A DNA stretch of 64,000 nucleotides from assembly GCA_963721845.1 (NCBI GenBank), contig CAVRKW010000009.1, positions 232,458 to 296,457 of the forward strand. Direction: 5' to 3'. Every line of letters begins with the position of its first letter. The stretch's first letter is position 1. The notes beneath the pieces are model-generated. The model was not told the origin of the DNA. It was given only the letters and a program-made list of their open reading frames with translations, and searched no databases. Positions 9,054 through 17,300 of this stretch are shown in pieces. The position numbers and the translations under genes are program-made. The DNA is from an uncultured Acidobacteriota bacterium (GTDB lineage: Bacteria; Acidobacteriota; Terriglobia; Acidiferrales; UBA7541).

Positions 9054-11978
9054 TTAGTGCGAAGTCACTTCGTTGCCGCGCCCGGCGTAAACTTCGTGGC
9101 CGCCCGTGGGCGCGCGATGCACCAGCCGCGGAGTGATCGCGATGATCAGCTCCGTATCCGACGACATATTATTCGCGCCGGATGTGACGTTGGAAAGCGG
9201 ACCCAGCTGCGCGAGTCCCGGCAATCCGGAGAGTGCCCGAGTTTCTTCGCGATCGAGAAGTCCGCTGATGATAGACATTTCATTTTCTTTCAGCCGCACG
9301 GTTTGTTGCACCGAACGGTTTCCAATTACCGGAATGCCGTTCACGGAAGTGCCCGCGAGGCTGGTGATATCGAATGCAAATTGCAAAGTAACTTCATCAT
9401 TCGCATGTACGCGCGGAGTGGTTTTCACTTTGATGCCGATGTCTTCATATCCCGCGGCCGGATATCCCACTTCCGGCGTCGACGCTCCGTTGATCGCAGC
9501 CGCGAGATTCGTGTTGATGAGAATACTTACGGCATTCGCAGTTTGCCCGACCACAGCGAGATCGTTAAGCGTGTCGCCATTGAAATCTCCCGCGGCGAGC
9601 GCAACCGGTCCCGCCGCGACAGCGATGTCGATATTCGGGCTGAAATTTCCGGTTCCGTCGCCGATCAACAAAGACACAGTGCTGGCAGTCTCGTTCGCGG
9701 TGAGCAAGTCTGTGATGCCGTCGCCAGTAAAATCTCCTGCGACAATCGCGGCAGGCCCAGCGCCGGTGGGCAGCGAAGTTTCCGTGCCGAAAGTTCCGTC
9801 GCCATTGCCGAAGAAAACATCCACAGTAGAATCCGCGGAATTCGTCACCGCGAAATCGATGAAGCCGTCGCCATTGAAATCGCCTACAGCGACGGCGCTT
9901 GGTCCATTGCCGGTGGTGAGCGCGGATTTTTCGGTGAACGTGCCATCGCCATTGCCGAGGAGAATCGTTACCTGCTTTGTGGAATTGCTGACGACGGCGA
10001 GATCGGCGTTGCCATCGTTATTGAAATCGGTTTTTGCGAGAGCGATCGGCGCGCCGAGAACGGAGATTGGCGCGCCAATTTTAAAAGTTCCATCGCCATT
10101 GCCAAACAGAATGCTCAGCGTGTTATCGGTTTCATTGGCGACGACGAGATCGGCGAATCCATCGTTATTGAAATCGGCGCTGACAATCGCAGTGGCGCCG
10201 GCGCCAATCGCGTAGGTTTGTCCAACCGTGAAAGTTCCGTCTCCGTTGCCGAGAAGAATTTCTACGGTGGCGTCGGTTTGATTTACCACGGCGAGATCTG
10301 TTTTGCCGTCAATGTTGAAATCGCCGGCGACTAGCGCCACTGGACCATTTCCGACGGCGACAGTTGTAGGCGTCGCGAACGTGCCGTCGCCGTTGCCGAG
10401 AAAAATGGAAACGGTGTTGTCCGTCGTGTTGGCGACTGCCAGATCGAGGATGCTCGTGCCCCTGAATGAAGTCGCGACGATGGCACTCGGCTTTGTGCCG
10501 GTGGTGATGTCGGTGCGAGTGGGTGGCGAGAGCGACAGCGGATTCGAGAGCGCAGATGTGGTGCCGAGGCTCGCGCTCAATAGTGAGAGGTCGACAGGGT
10601 AACGCTCGCCCAGAAAAAATGAAGCGGGCTGCCCGTCTTTGGCGCGCAAAAACATTCGGCGCGCGCTGCGGACGACGTTGAGTGTTTGTCCAAAGTTTGC
10701 AGAAACATTCGACGGCGGCACGCCGATGAATGTTGATTTTCCGCCGCCGAAAAGAAGTAGCGGAGGAATTGTTGTGGTGCTCGGGCCGAAAATTTCCTGA
10801 AGGATCGCGATCAATTGCTCGTTGGTGGTGGCTTGCTGCGCTGCTTGCACTTCCTGCGAGTTCAGCGCATAAACGCTCGCCGATGTGGGAAGCGAAAGGC
10901 CAGTATTGAGCGCGGCAGTGCGATCGATTTCGAGCATTTCAATTTCGAGGACAAGTTCGCCGCGCGCGCGTTCGAGATCTTCGATCATTGTTTTCGCGAG
11001 AGCGACGCGCTGAGGAGTGTCGCGCACGGTGAGTTCGTGGGTGCCGATATCGAGCGAAGTTTTTTGAATGCCGCCCACTTCGCGAATCGCGCGAACCGTG
11101 TCTGTGAGTTCCGCTTCTGTGGAACTCTCGGACAGCACAAACGTGCGCACGATTTCGGGCGTGTACTGCGTGCGTTTTTGCAGCGTATCGTCGGCCACAA
11201 ATATAGAGTGGCGATTCAGCGGAACCCAGAATGTATGCGTCTGAAGAGTCAGCGTCGCGATGGCAGTATCAAAATCAGCGTCGGGAAGTTGAAAGCGGAC
11301 TTGAACAGTCGGAAGGTCCTGCTCGAAATCGATGATGATGCCGAATTGTTTTGCTAGCTCCGCATAGGCGCCGCGAGTATCTCCGCGAAAATTGAAAGTG
11401 CGCGTTCCTGTTTGCGGCTGAAGATGCGGCGCACCCGCTAGCTGCTCCACATCTTGCGGAGTGGCGGCGAGCTGCTCCATCTGCGCGAGACGTTCACGAA
11501 CGATGGGATCGGCGGGGCTGAGACGAAGTGCCGCGCGAAGTTCGGATTGCGCTTGCGGAAATCGATCGGCGACTGCGTCACGTTCAGCGGTGTCTTGATG
11601 TTGCTGCATGAGGCGGAAGGCGATACCGTCGCGCTGCTGACGAGCATTTTTGTTTCGCGGATCGAGCGTGACGGCTTCGGCAAAATCGGCGTAGGCCGAG
11701 GTGAGATCGTTTGCCGCGAGGGCCTTGCGTCCGGCTTCGAAGGCTTTTTTCGACAGGGCGGCATTTGCGGACGAAACCCGAGCGGGCGGCGCGGCGGAAG
11801 TCGGCGCCGACGCGGACGTAACCAATTTTTGCTGAGCCGCGAGATTCTGCGCGGCGCCCTGAGGCGCGGAAGATTGCTGCGCAAACGCGGTCACCGTGAA
11901 AATGACGAGAAGCGCGACGATGCAGGCAAGTGAAACGCCCTTGCGATTGCGGCGAACGAAATGTGAGATCAGTGACAT
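9054..11978 (-). CDS. secretin-family outer membrane protein with TPR-like N-region and seven FG-GAP/VCBS repeats inserted in the secretin domain
   Basis: I place the start at Met31 of the listed ORF (MSLISHFVRRNRKGVSLACIVALLVIFTVTAFAQQ, a signal peptide). The C-terminus YEDIGIKVKTTPRV...NRSVQQTVRLKENEMSIISGLL...LSGLPGLAQLGPL...TELIIAITPRLV is canonical secretin. Seven ~49-aa repeats (GDFNxDGxxDLAVxN...TVSILLGNGDGTF) separate it from FLRAKDGQPASFFLGERYPV. Confidence 0.85.
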   Translation of the reverse strand: MSLISHFVRRNRKGVSLACIVALLVIFTVTAFAQQSSAPQGAAQNLAAQQKLVTSASAPTSAAPPARVSSANAALSKKAFEAGRKALAANDLTSAYADFAEAVTLDPRNKNARQQRDGIAFRLMQQHQDTAERDAVADRFPQAQSELRAALRLSPADPIVRERLAQMEQLAATPQDVEQLAGAPHLQPQTGTRTFNFRGDTRGAYAELAKQFGIIIDFEQDLPTVQVRFQLPDADFDTAIATLTLQTHTFWVPLNRHSIFVADDTLQKRTQYTPEIVRTFVLSESSTEAELTDTVRAIREVGGIQKTSLDIGTHELTVRDTPQRVALAKTMIEDLERARGELVLEIEMLEIDRTAALNTGLSLPTSASVYALNSQEVQAAQQATTNEQLIAILQEIFGPSTTTIPPLLLFGGGKSTFIGVPPSNVSANFGQTLNVVRSARRMFLRAKDGQPASFFLGERYPVDLSLLSASLGTTSALSNPLSLSPPTRTDITTGTKPSAIVATSFRGTSILDLAVANTTDNTVSIFLGNGDGTFATPTTVAVGNGPVALVAGDFNIDGKTDLAVVNQTDATVEILLGNGDGTFTVGQTYAIGAGATAIVSADFNNDGFADLVVANETDNTLSILFGNGDGTFKIGAPISVLGAPIALAKTDFNNDGNADLAVVSNSTKQVTILLGNGDGTFTEKSALTTGNGPSAVAVGDFNGDGFIDFAVTNSADSTVDVFFGNGDGTFGTETSLPTGAGPAAIVAGDFTGDGITDLLTANETASTVSLLIGDGTGNFSPNIDIAVAAGPVALAAGDFNGDTLNDLAVVGQTANAVSILINTNLAAAINGASTPEVGYPAAGYEDIGIKVKTTPRVHANDEVTLQFAFDITSLAGTSVNGIPVIGNRSVQQTVRLKENEMSIISGLLDREETRALSGLPGLAQLGPLSNVTSGANNMSSDTELIIAITPRLVHRAPTGGHEVYAGRGNEVTSH

Positions 11979-12117
11979 CAATACTTTTCGACGCACGCGA
12001 GACAAAAATCCGATGAGGCGGCTCGAAGAACTACCGCGAACCCTTATTGTAGAATCCGAGTGTTGCAATGGGACGACTCCATTGTAAATGGCGCAAGGGG
12101 ATAAGATGCGAGAAACC

Positions 12118-12146
12118 TTGACGGTGCTGACGAGAAAAGGTAGAGT
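12118..12146 (+). promoter_or_regulatory. candidate promoter for the FTR1 operon (TTGACG - 17 nt - TAGAGT)
   Basis: Hexamers and spacing were read directly. No convincing Fur box is seen nearby. Confidence 0.3.
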
Positions 12147-12189
12147 GTATTCCTACCTGCAAATGGGTTGCAACTAACTTCAATTCGAG

Positions 12190-13488
12190 TTGCGGCCCCG
12201 AGGCCGTAACTTGTTCTCTGCTTTGCTGATATCGCTCCGCGAAGGTGTGGAAGCCGCACTGATCGTGGGCATCGTGCTGGTGTACCTGAATCGCAGCGGC
12301 CGCGCCGCGCTGGCGAAATATGTGTGGGCGGGCGTGGCGCTGGCGGTGATCGCGAGTACCGGCGTGGCTGTGGCGCTGGAGCGGTGGGACATCAGCGAAG
12401 ACGGTTTCGAAGGCGTGCTGCTGCTGGTGGCGGCATTTTTTGTGGTGACGATGGTGTGGTGGATGAACCGCACCGCGCGAAAGCTGCGCAAGGAAATCGA
12501 GAACCGGATCGACAACCTGGCGAAGCGTTCAGAAAGCGGCGCGGGGTGGGGACTATTTGCGTTTGTGTTTTTGATGGTGGTGCGCGAGGGAGCGGAACTG
12601 GCGCTGATTTTGCGCGCTGTGCAACTTTCGGCTGAGGGCGTAAATGTTTGGATTGGCACGCTGCTGGGAATCGGAATCGCTGTTGCGGTCGGCGTTTTCT
12701 TTTTCAAAGGGACGCTGAAAATTCCACTGGGAAGATTTTTTGCGGCGACGAGCATTATTTTGATGATCGTGGCGTTTCAACTTGCGCTGACGGGCGTTCA
12801 CGAATTGAGCGAAGCGCAGTGGATCGCGTCGAGCAAGACGGAGATGGCGACGATTGGTCCGATCGTTCGCAACGATGTGTTTTTCTTTGTGGTGATTTTG
12901 GGCGCAGCGGCGATTCTGGTGCTGCGCGAATGGATGGCGGCTTCGCACGCCGCGGCAAGTGGCGCGGCAGCGAGCGCTGGCGCGAATGAAGCGGAGAAGC
13001 GGCGCGCGGAATGGGAACGGCGCAAGCAACGACGATGGATGCTGGGCGCGGCGGTGGTATGTACGGCAGTAATTTTGGCGTTCACCGCGGATTTTGTTTA
13101 CGCGCGCGTGTCGACGGCGCAGCCGGGCGCGGTTTTGCTGCAGCCCGCGAACGGCATGGTGCGCATTCCGCTCTCGCAGATAGACGACGCGAAGCTGCAT
13201 TTTTTTACGGCGCCGATCAATGGAACGGCTGTGCGATTTATCGTGATCAAGAAGCCTGATGGCACGTGGGGCACAGCTCTCGACGCGTGCCGGATTTGCG
13301 GCTGGGCCGGCTACCGGCAAGACGGACAGAATGTGATATGCCGGAATTGTGCGTCGGCAATTTATATTCCGACGATCGGCCAGGCTGGCGGATGCAATCC
13401 TGTGGGATTTGTCTCGCACACCGATGGCGATCAACTTGTAATTGAATTGGGCGAGCTGCAAGAAGCCACCGCGCTCGTGCCGCACTGA
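12190..13488 (+). CDS. FTR1-family iron permease fused to a DUF2318 Cys-rich membrane domain
   Basis: Two REGxE motifs (LREGVEAAL, VREGAELAL) lie in a multi-TM N-half. The C-half ...FIVIKKPDGTWGTALDACRICGWAGYRQDGQNVICRNCASAIYIPTIGQAGGCNPV matches the DUF2318 pattern. The start is uncertain (TTG at 12190 or 12211). Confidence 0.85.
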   Translation: MRPRGRNLFSALLISLREGVEAALIVGIVLVYLNRSGRAALAKYVWAGVALAVIASTGVAVALERWDISEDGFEGVLLLVAAFFVVTMVWWMNRTARKLRKEIENRIDNLAKRSESGAGWGLFAFVFLMVVREGAELALILRAVQLSAEGVNVWIGTLLGIGIAVAVGVFFFKGTLKIPLGRFFAATSIILMIVAFQLALTGVHELSEAQWIASSKTEMATIGPIVRNDVFFFVVILGAAAILVLREWMAASHAAASGAAASAGANEAEKRRAEWERRKQRRWMLGAAVVCTAVILAFTADFVYARVSTAQPGAVLLQPANGMVRIPLSQIDDAKLHFFTAPINGTAVRFIVIKKPDGTWGTALDACRICGWAGYRQDGQNVICRNCASAIYIPTIGQAGGCNPVGFVSHTDGDQLVIELGELQEATALVPH

Positions 13489-13498
13489 TCCCTCCCGT

Positions 13499-14800
13499 AT
13501 GTTCCTTCGCATCGTTACGGAATCGTTCGCGCGCACGCCACGCCGAAAATTGGTAACGGGCGCGGCGCTAGCGTTGGGAATGGCGATTGCGACGGCGACG
13601 CTGACAGTGGCTCTCGACGTTGGGGATCGATTGGCGGAGGAATTTCGCAGCCTAGGTGCGAATCTTGTGGTGACTCCGAAGGCGGACACGCTGCCGCTGA
13701 AAGTTGGCGGAGTGGATTACCGTCCGGTGGATGCTGGCGCGTATCTGGATGAAAAAGAATTGCCGCAGCTGAAGAAGATTTTCTGGCGCAACAACATTAT
13801 TGGGTTTGCTCCGTTTCTGGATGTGCCGGTGCGGATTAGCGGCGCGGACAGTTCCACGTCCGTGCAAAGTACGCTTGTAGGAACGTGGATCGGTCACACG
13901 CTGGAGATCAGCAAGGATGAATCGTTTCGCACGGGCGCGAATGTGACGAATCCGTGGTGGCAAATTCGCGAAGGGCGCTGGTTTCGCGAGGCGGATGCGG
14001 AGGAGGCGCCAGCGGAGTGCGTGGTGGGCGAAACATTCGCGCGACGCGCGCGGATTCATGTTGGCGATGTGATTGACGCACAAGCTGGCGGCGGCAACGC
14101 GAAGCTCACAGTGGTTGGAATCAGCGCCACAGGCGGGACCGAAGATGACGGAGTGATCGCACCGCTGGGCGTCGCGCAACAGCTTGCCGGCGAAGAAGGA
14201 AAATTCCGGCGATTGATGGTGAGCGCGCTGACAAAACCGGAGGACGCGTTTGCGCGGCGCGATCCCGGCACGATGTCGCCCGCTGAATACGACAGGTGGT
14301 TTTGCACCGCGTACGTTTCGTCGATCGCGCTGCAAATTACGCAGGTGCTTCCGGGAGTTGAAGCGCGGCCAATTCGGCAAGTGGCCGAAGGCGAAGGAAG
14401 AATTCTGGGAAGGATTGGCGCGCTGCTGTGGGTGGTGACAATCGCGGCGTTGATCTGCGCGCTGCTTGCGGTGGCGGCAACTGCGGCATCGACGGTGCTC
14501 GAGCGGCAAAAAGAAATTGGATTGATGAAGGCGCTCGGCGCGACCACGTCGATGGTATCGGCTCTTTTTCTCGGAGAGCAATTTCTTCTTGCGCTCGCGG
14601 GCGGCGGATTGGGATATGCAATTGGAGTTCTGTTGGCGCGATGGCTCTCGCTGAGCGTGTTTGGCACGGCGGTGGGGGCGCGATTGATTCTGCTGCCAGT
14701 GACGCTCTTGCTGGCGGTGGTGGTGGCATTTCTCGGAAGCATCGTGCCGCTTCGGCGAGCTTCACAGTTTGATCCCGCGCCGATTCTGAGGGGCGAGTAA
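13499..14800 (+). CDS. ABC transporter permease, FtsX/MacB-like
   Basis: N-terminal TM, a large periplasmic domain, then the C-terminal FtsX module (ERQKEIGLMKALGAT...). ATG at 13499 chosen (MFLRIVTESF). Confidence 0.85.
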   Translation: MFLRIVTESFARTPRRKLVTGAALALGMAIATATLTVALDVGDRLAEEFRSLGANLVVTPKADTLPLKVGGVDYRPVDAGAYLDEKELPQLKKIFWRNNIIGFAPFLDVPVRISGADSSTSVQSTLVGTWIGHTLEISKDESFRTGANVTNPWWQIREGRWFREADAEEAPAECVVGETFARRARIHVGDVIDAQAGGGNAKLTVVGISATGGTEDDGVIAPLGVAQQLAGEEGKFRRLMVSALTKPEDAFARRDPGTMSPAEYDRWFCTAYVSSIALQITQVLPGVEARPIRQVAEGEGRILGRIGALLWVVTIAALICALLAVAATAASTVLERQKEIGLMKALGATTSMVSALFLGEQFLLALAGGGLGYAIGVLLARWLSLSVFGTAVGARLILLPVTLLLAVVVAFLGSIVPLRRASQFDPAPILRGE

Positions 14801-16045
14801 TGTTCTGGCGCATCGTGAAGCAGCTATTTCGCGCGAGCCGGGGGCGGCTGGTGATTGCGCTGATGGCGGTGATCAGCGGCGCGGCGGTGACGACGGCACT
14901 TTTGAATTTGCAGATGGATGCGTCGAAAAAATTGAGCGCGGAATTTCGGACGCTGGGCGCGAATGTGCTGGTGCTGCCGCGTGCGAGCACGGCAACGGCT
15001 GTGAATTCGAGCGCGCCACACGGCCGCGATTCCGCCGCGGATGTAATGGCAGCGCCGCTGGAAGATGAATCGGTCACGTCGCGGGTTGTAGCAGCAGCGC
15101 CAAGCGTGGCTGCTACTGTGGCGCCATATTTATTTATCGTCGCGGAAGCGCGTGCAAAAAATGGTGAAACAGCTTCCGCAAAATCAGCCACCGCCGGCGT
15201 GGCGCGCGCGAAAAATGGCGCGGGTGGCGCACAAGTGATTGTCGCGGGAACGTGGCTCGACGAAACTCCGAAGATGGCGCCGTGGTGGAAAATTTCTGGG
15301 CGAGCGATTACGAGCAGAGATGATTTGGATGAGTGCCTGGTGGGAAGCTCAGTTGCAAAGTCGCTTGCGATTGGTCGCGGGAAGCGCGATCGAGCTGAAT
15401 TATTCGGGCGCGGTGAAATCGCTAAGCGTGGCCGGAGTGATCAATTCCGGTGGCGATGAAGATAGCCAGATATTCGTAAATCTTGCGGTGGCGCAAAAAC
15501 TCGCGGGGCTTGCGAATCGAGTTGGCGTGGTGCAGGTGAGCGTAGCAGGCACACCCGAAGAAATTGGCGCGTACATGCGAACACTCGCGAGCGCGCTGCC
15601 GGATTTGGATGTGCGTCCGGTGCGGCAACTGGCGGAAGCCGAAGGACAATTGCTGGGGAGATTGCGCGGACTGATTCTTGCGACTGTCGTACTGATCCTG
15701 GTACTCACCGCGCTGTGCGTGCTGGCGAGCATGGCGGCGCTGGCGATGGAGCGAAGGCGCGACGTGGGAATGATGAAAGCGATCGGTGGATCGATGTCGC
15801 GCATCGTGACGATTTTTCTTACCGAAGCCGGTGCGTTGGGATTGGCCGGCGCGATCGTGGGTTATGCGGTGGGAATTGAACTTTCGCGGTGGATTGGGCG
15901 GCGCGCGTTTGACGTGTCGATTGATGCGCGGCCGGAAGTGTTGCCGCTGGTGGTGGCGTTGATGGTCGGCGTGGCGCTTGCAGGAGCGTTTCCACTTCGC
16001 TTGCTGGGGCGCATACGCCCGGCAGAAATTTTGCGGGGCGAGTGA
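14800..16045 (+). pseudogene. second FtsX/MacB-like ABC permease, interrupted by a +1 frameshift near 15365-15375
   Basis: ORF 14800..15459 carries the N-terminal TM and periplasmic domain up to ...ECLVGSSVAKSL. ORF 15239..16045 in the next frame continues ...LVAGSAIELNYSG... through ERRRDVGMMKAIGGS and the TM bundle. Confidence 0.8.
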
Positions 16046-16722
16046 TGGCGCCGCTGGTAAGAGTGGAACACCTGACGAAGCGCTTCGGCGAAGTGCACGC
16101 GCTTGATGATGTGAGCCTGGAAATTGAAGCGGGCCAGTGGGTGGCGATCACGGGTCCATCGGGATCTGGAAAGACAACGCTGATTAATATTCTAGGCGGG
16201 CTTGACCGGCAGAGTTCGGGAACCGCGCATATAGGCGAGGTAGAAATCGGCCGGCTCAACGAAACGGAACTGACGCGATACCGTTCTGAAAAAATTGGAT
16301 TTGTTTTTCAGCAGTACCACCTGGTTCCGTATCTGACGGCAGTGGAAAACGTGATGCTGGCGCAGTATTTTCACAGCATGACGGATGAAGCCGCGTCTGT
16401 GGAAGCGCTGCGTTGTGTGGGATTGGGCGACCGGCTGCGGCACTTTCCGCCGCAACTTTCCGGAGGCGAGCAGCAGCGCGTAGCGATTGCGCGCGCGCTG
16501 ATCAATCAGCCGAAATTAATTCTGGCGGACGAGCCGACGGGCAACGTGGACGAAGGGAACGAGCGGATTATTTTGAGTCTGTTCCGGCGATACCATTCAG
16601 AAGGGCACACGATTTTGATTGTGACGCACGACGAAAGCATCGCGCGGATGGCGGATCGCAGGATTCAATTGATGCATGGACATTTGGCGAAGGTGCCGAC
16701 GCTGACGCAGAGAGCGCCATAA
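16042..16722 (+). CDS. ABC transporter ATP-binding protein (MacB/LolD-like)
   Basis: Walker A GPSGSGKTT, signature LSGGEQQR, Walker B LILADEPT. Overlaps the upstream stop codon. Confidence 0.93.
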   Translation: MMAPLVRVEHLTKRFGEVHALDDVSLEIEAGQWVAITGPSGSGKTTLINILGGLDRQSSGTAHIGEVEIGRLNETELTRYRSEKIGFVFQQYHLVPYLTAVENVMLAQYFHSMTDEAASVEALRCVGLGDRLRHFPPQLSGGEQQRVAIARALINQPKLILADEPTGNVDEGNERIILSLFRRYHSEGHTILIVTHDESIARMADRRIQLMHGHLAKVPTLTQRAP

Positions 16723-16737
16723 ATTCACTGAGTACAA

Positions 16738-17127
16738 ATGACTACTGAAAGCGATCTTCGGAAGAAACCTACCAGCCTAAAAGTGCAGGTCACCTCGGGC
16801 ACGGGAGTGGACGTAGCCTGGGCGGACGGGCATAGCAGCCATTTTGATTTTGCGTATCTGCGCGAGAAGTGTCCGTGCGCGAATTGCAAAGATGAGCGGG
16901 CGCGTGAGGCCGACAGCGGAGGTGTTGCTGCAGCGCCAGCGGCGACCGGCGCCAGTGTGCTGCCGATGTTTAAGCCAAAGGTGAAGGCGCGGCACGCGGA
17001 AGCGGTGGGGCATTACGCGATTCAGATTGAATTTTCGGATGGGCATCGGGCGGGGATTTACAGTTACGAGTACCTGCGAAACATTTGCCCGTGTGAGATT
17101 TGCAAGAAGGAGTTCGGCGAAAGCTGA
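16738..17127 (+). CDS. DUF971 domain protein
   Basis: VDVAWADGHSSHFDFAYLREKCPCANC ... IEFSDGHRAGIYSYEYLRNICPCEIC is the DUF971 pattern. Confidence 0.8.
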   Translation: MTTESDLRKKPTSLKVQVTSGTGVDVAWADGHSSHFDFAYLREKCPCANCKDERAREADSGGVAAAPAATGASVLPMFKPKVKARHAEAVGHYAIQIEFSDGHRAGIYSYEYLRNICPCEICKKEFGES

Positions 17128-17300
17128 TCGCTGGCGCGTGGACGCCGCGCAGGTGCGGACAACTCGCGATTCGCGAGGTACTTGGGGCGGGTTCATAAGC
17201 GGCGTGATTTTTCATTTGAGAAATTACTTCCGCTCCGCCTAGACAACTTTGCCGGTTCGTGCGAGCATAACGCTCCGCTGCCGTTGGCCCCATCAAAAGT

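Noticed and set aside
9045-10334. Long + strand ORFs (429 aa and 369 aa) antisense to the secretin gene.
   Set aside because: They are open only because of the repetitive, GC-rich FG-GAP repeat DNA. Their translations are low-complexity, whereas the - strand product has clear domain signatures.
12069-12189. A Fur box upstream of the FTR1 iron operon.
   Set aside because: There is only a weak GATAAGAT fragment and no 19-bp GATAATGATAATCATTATC-like palindrome.
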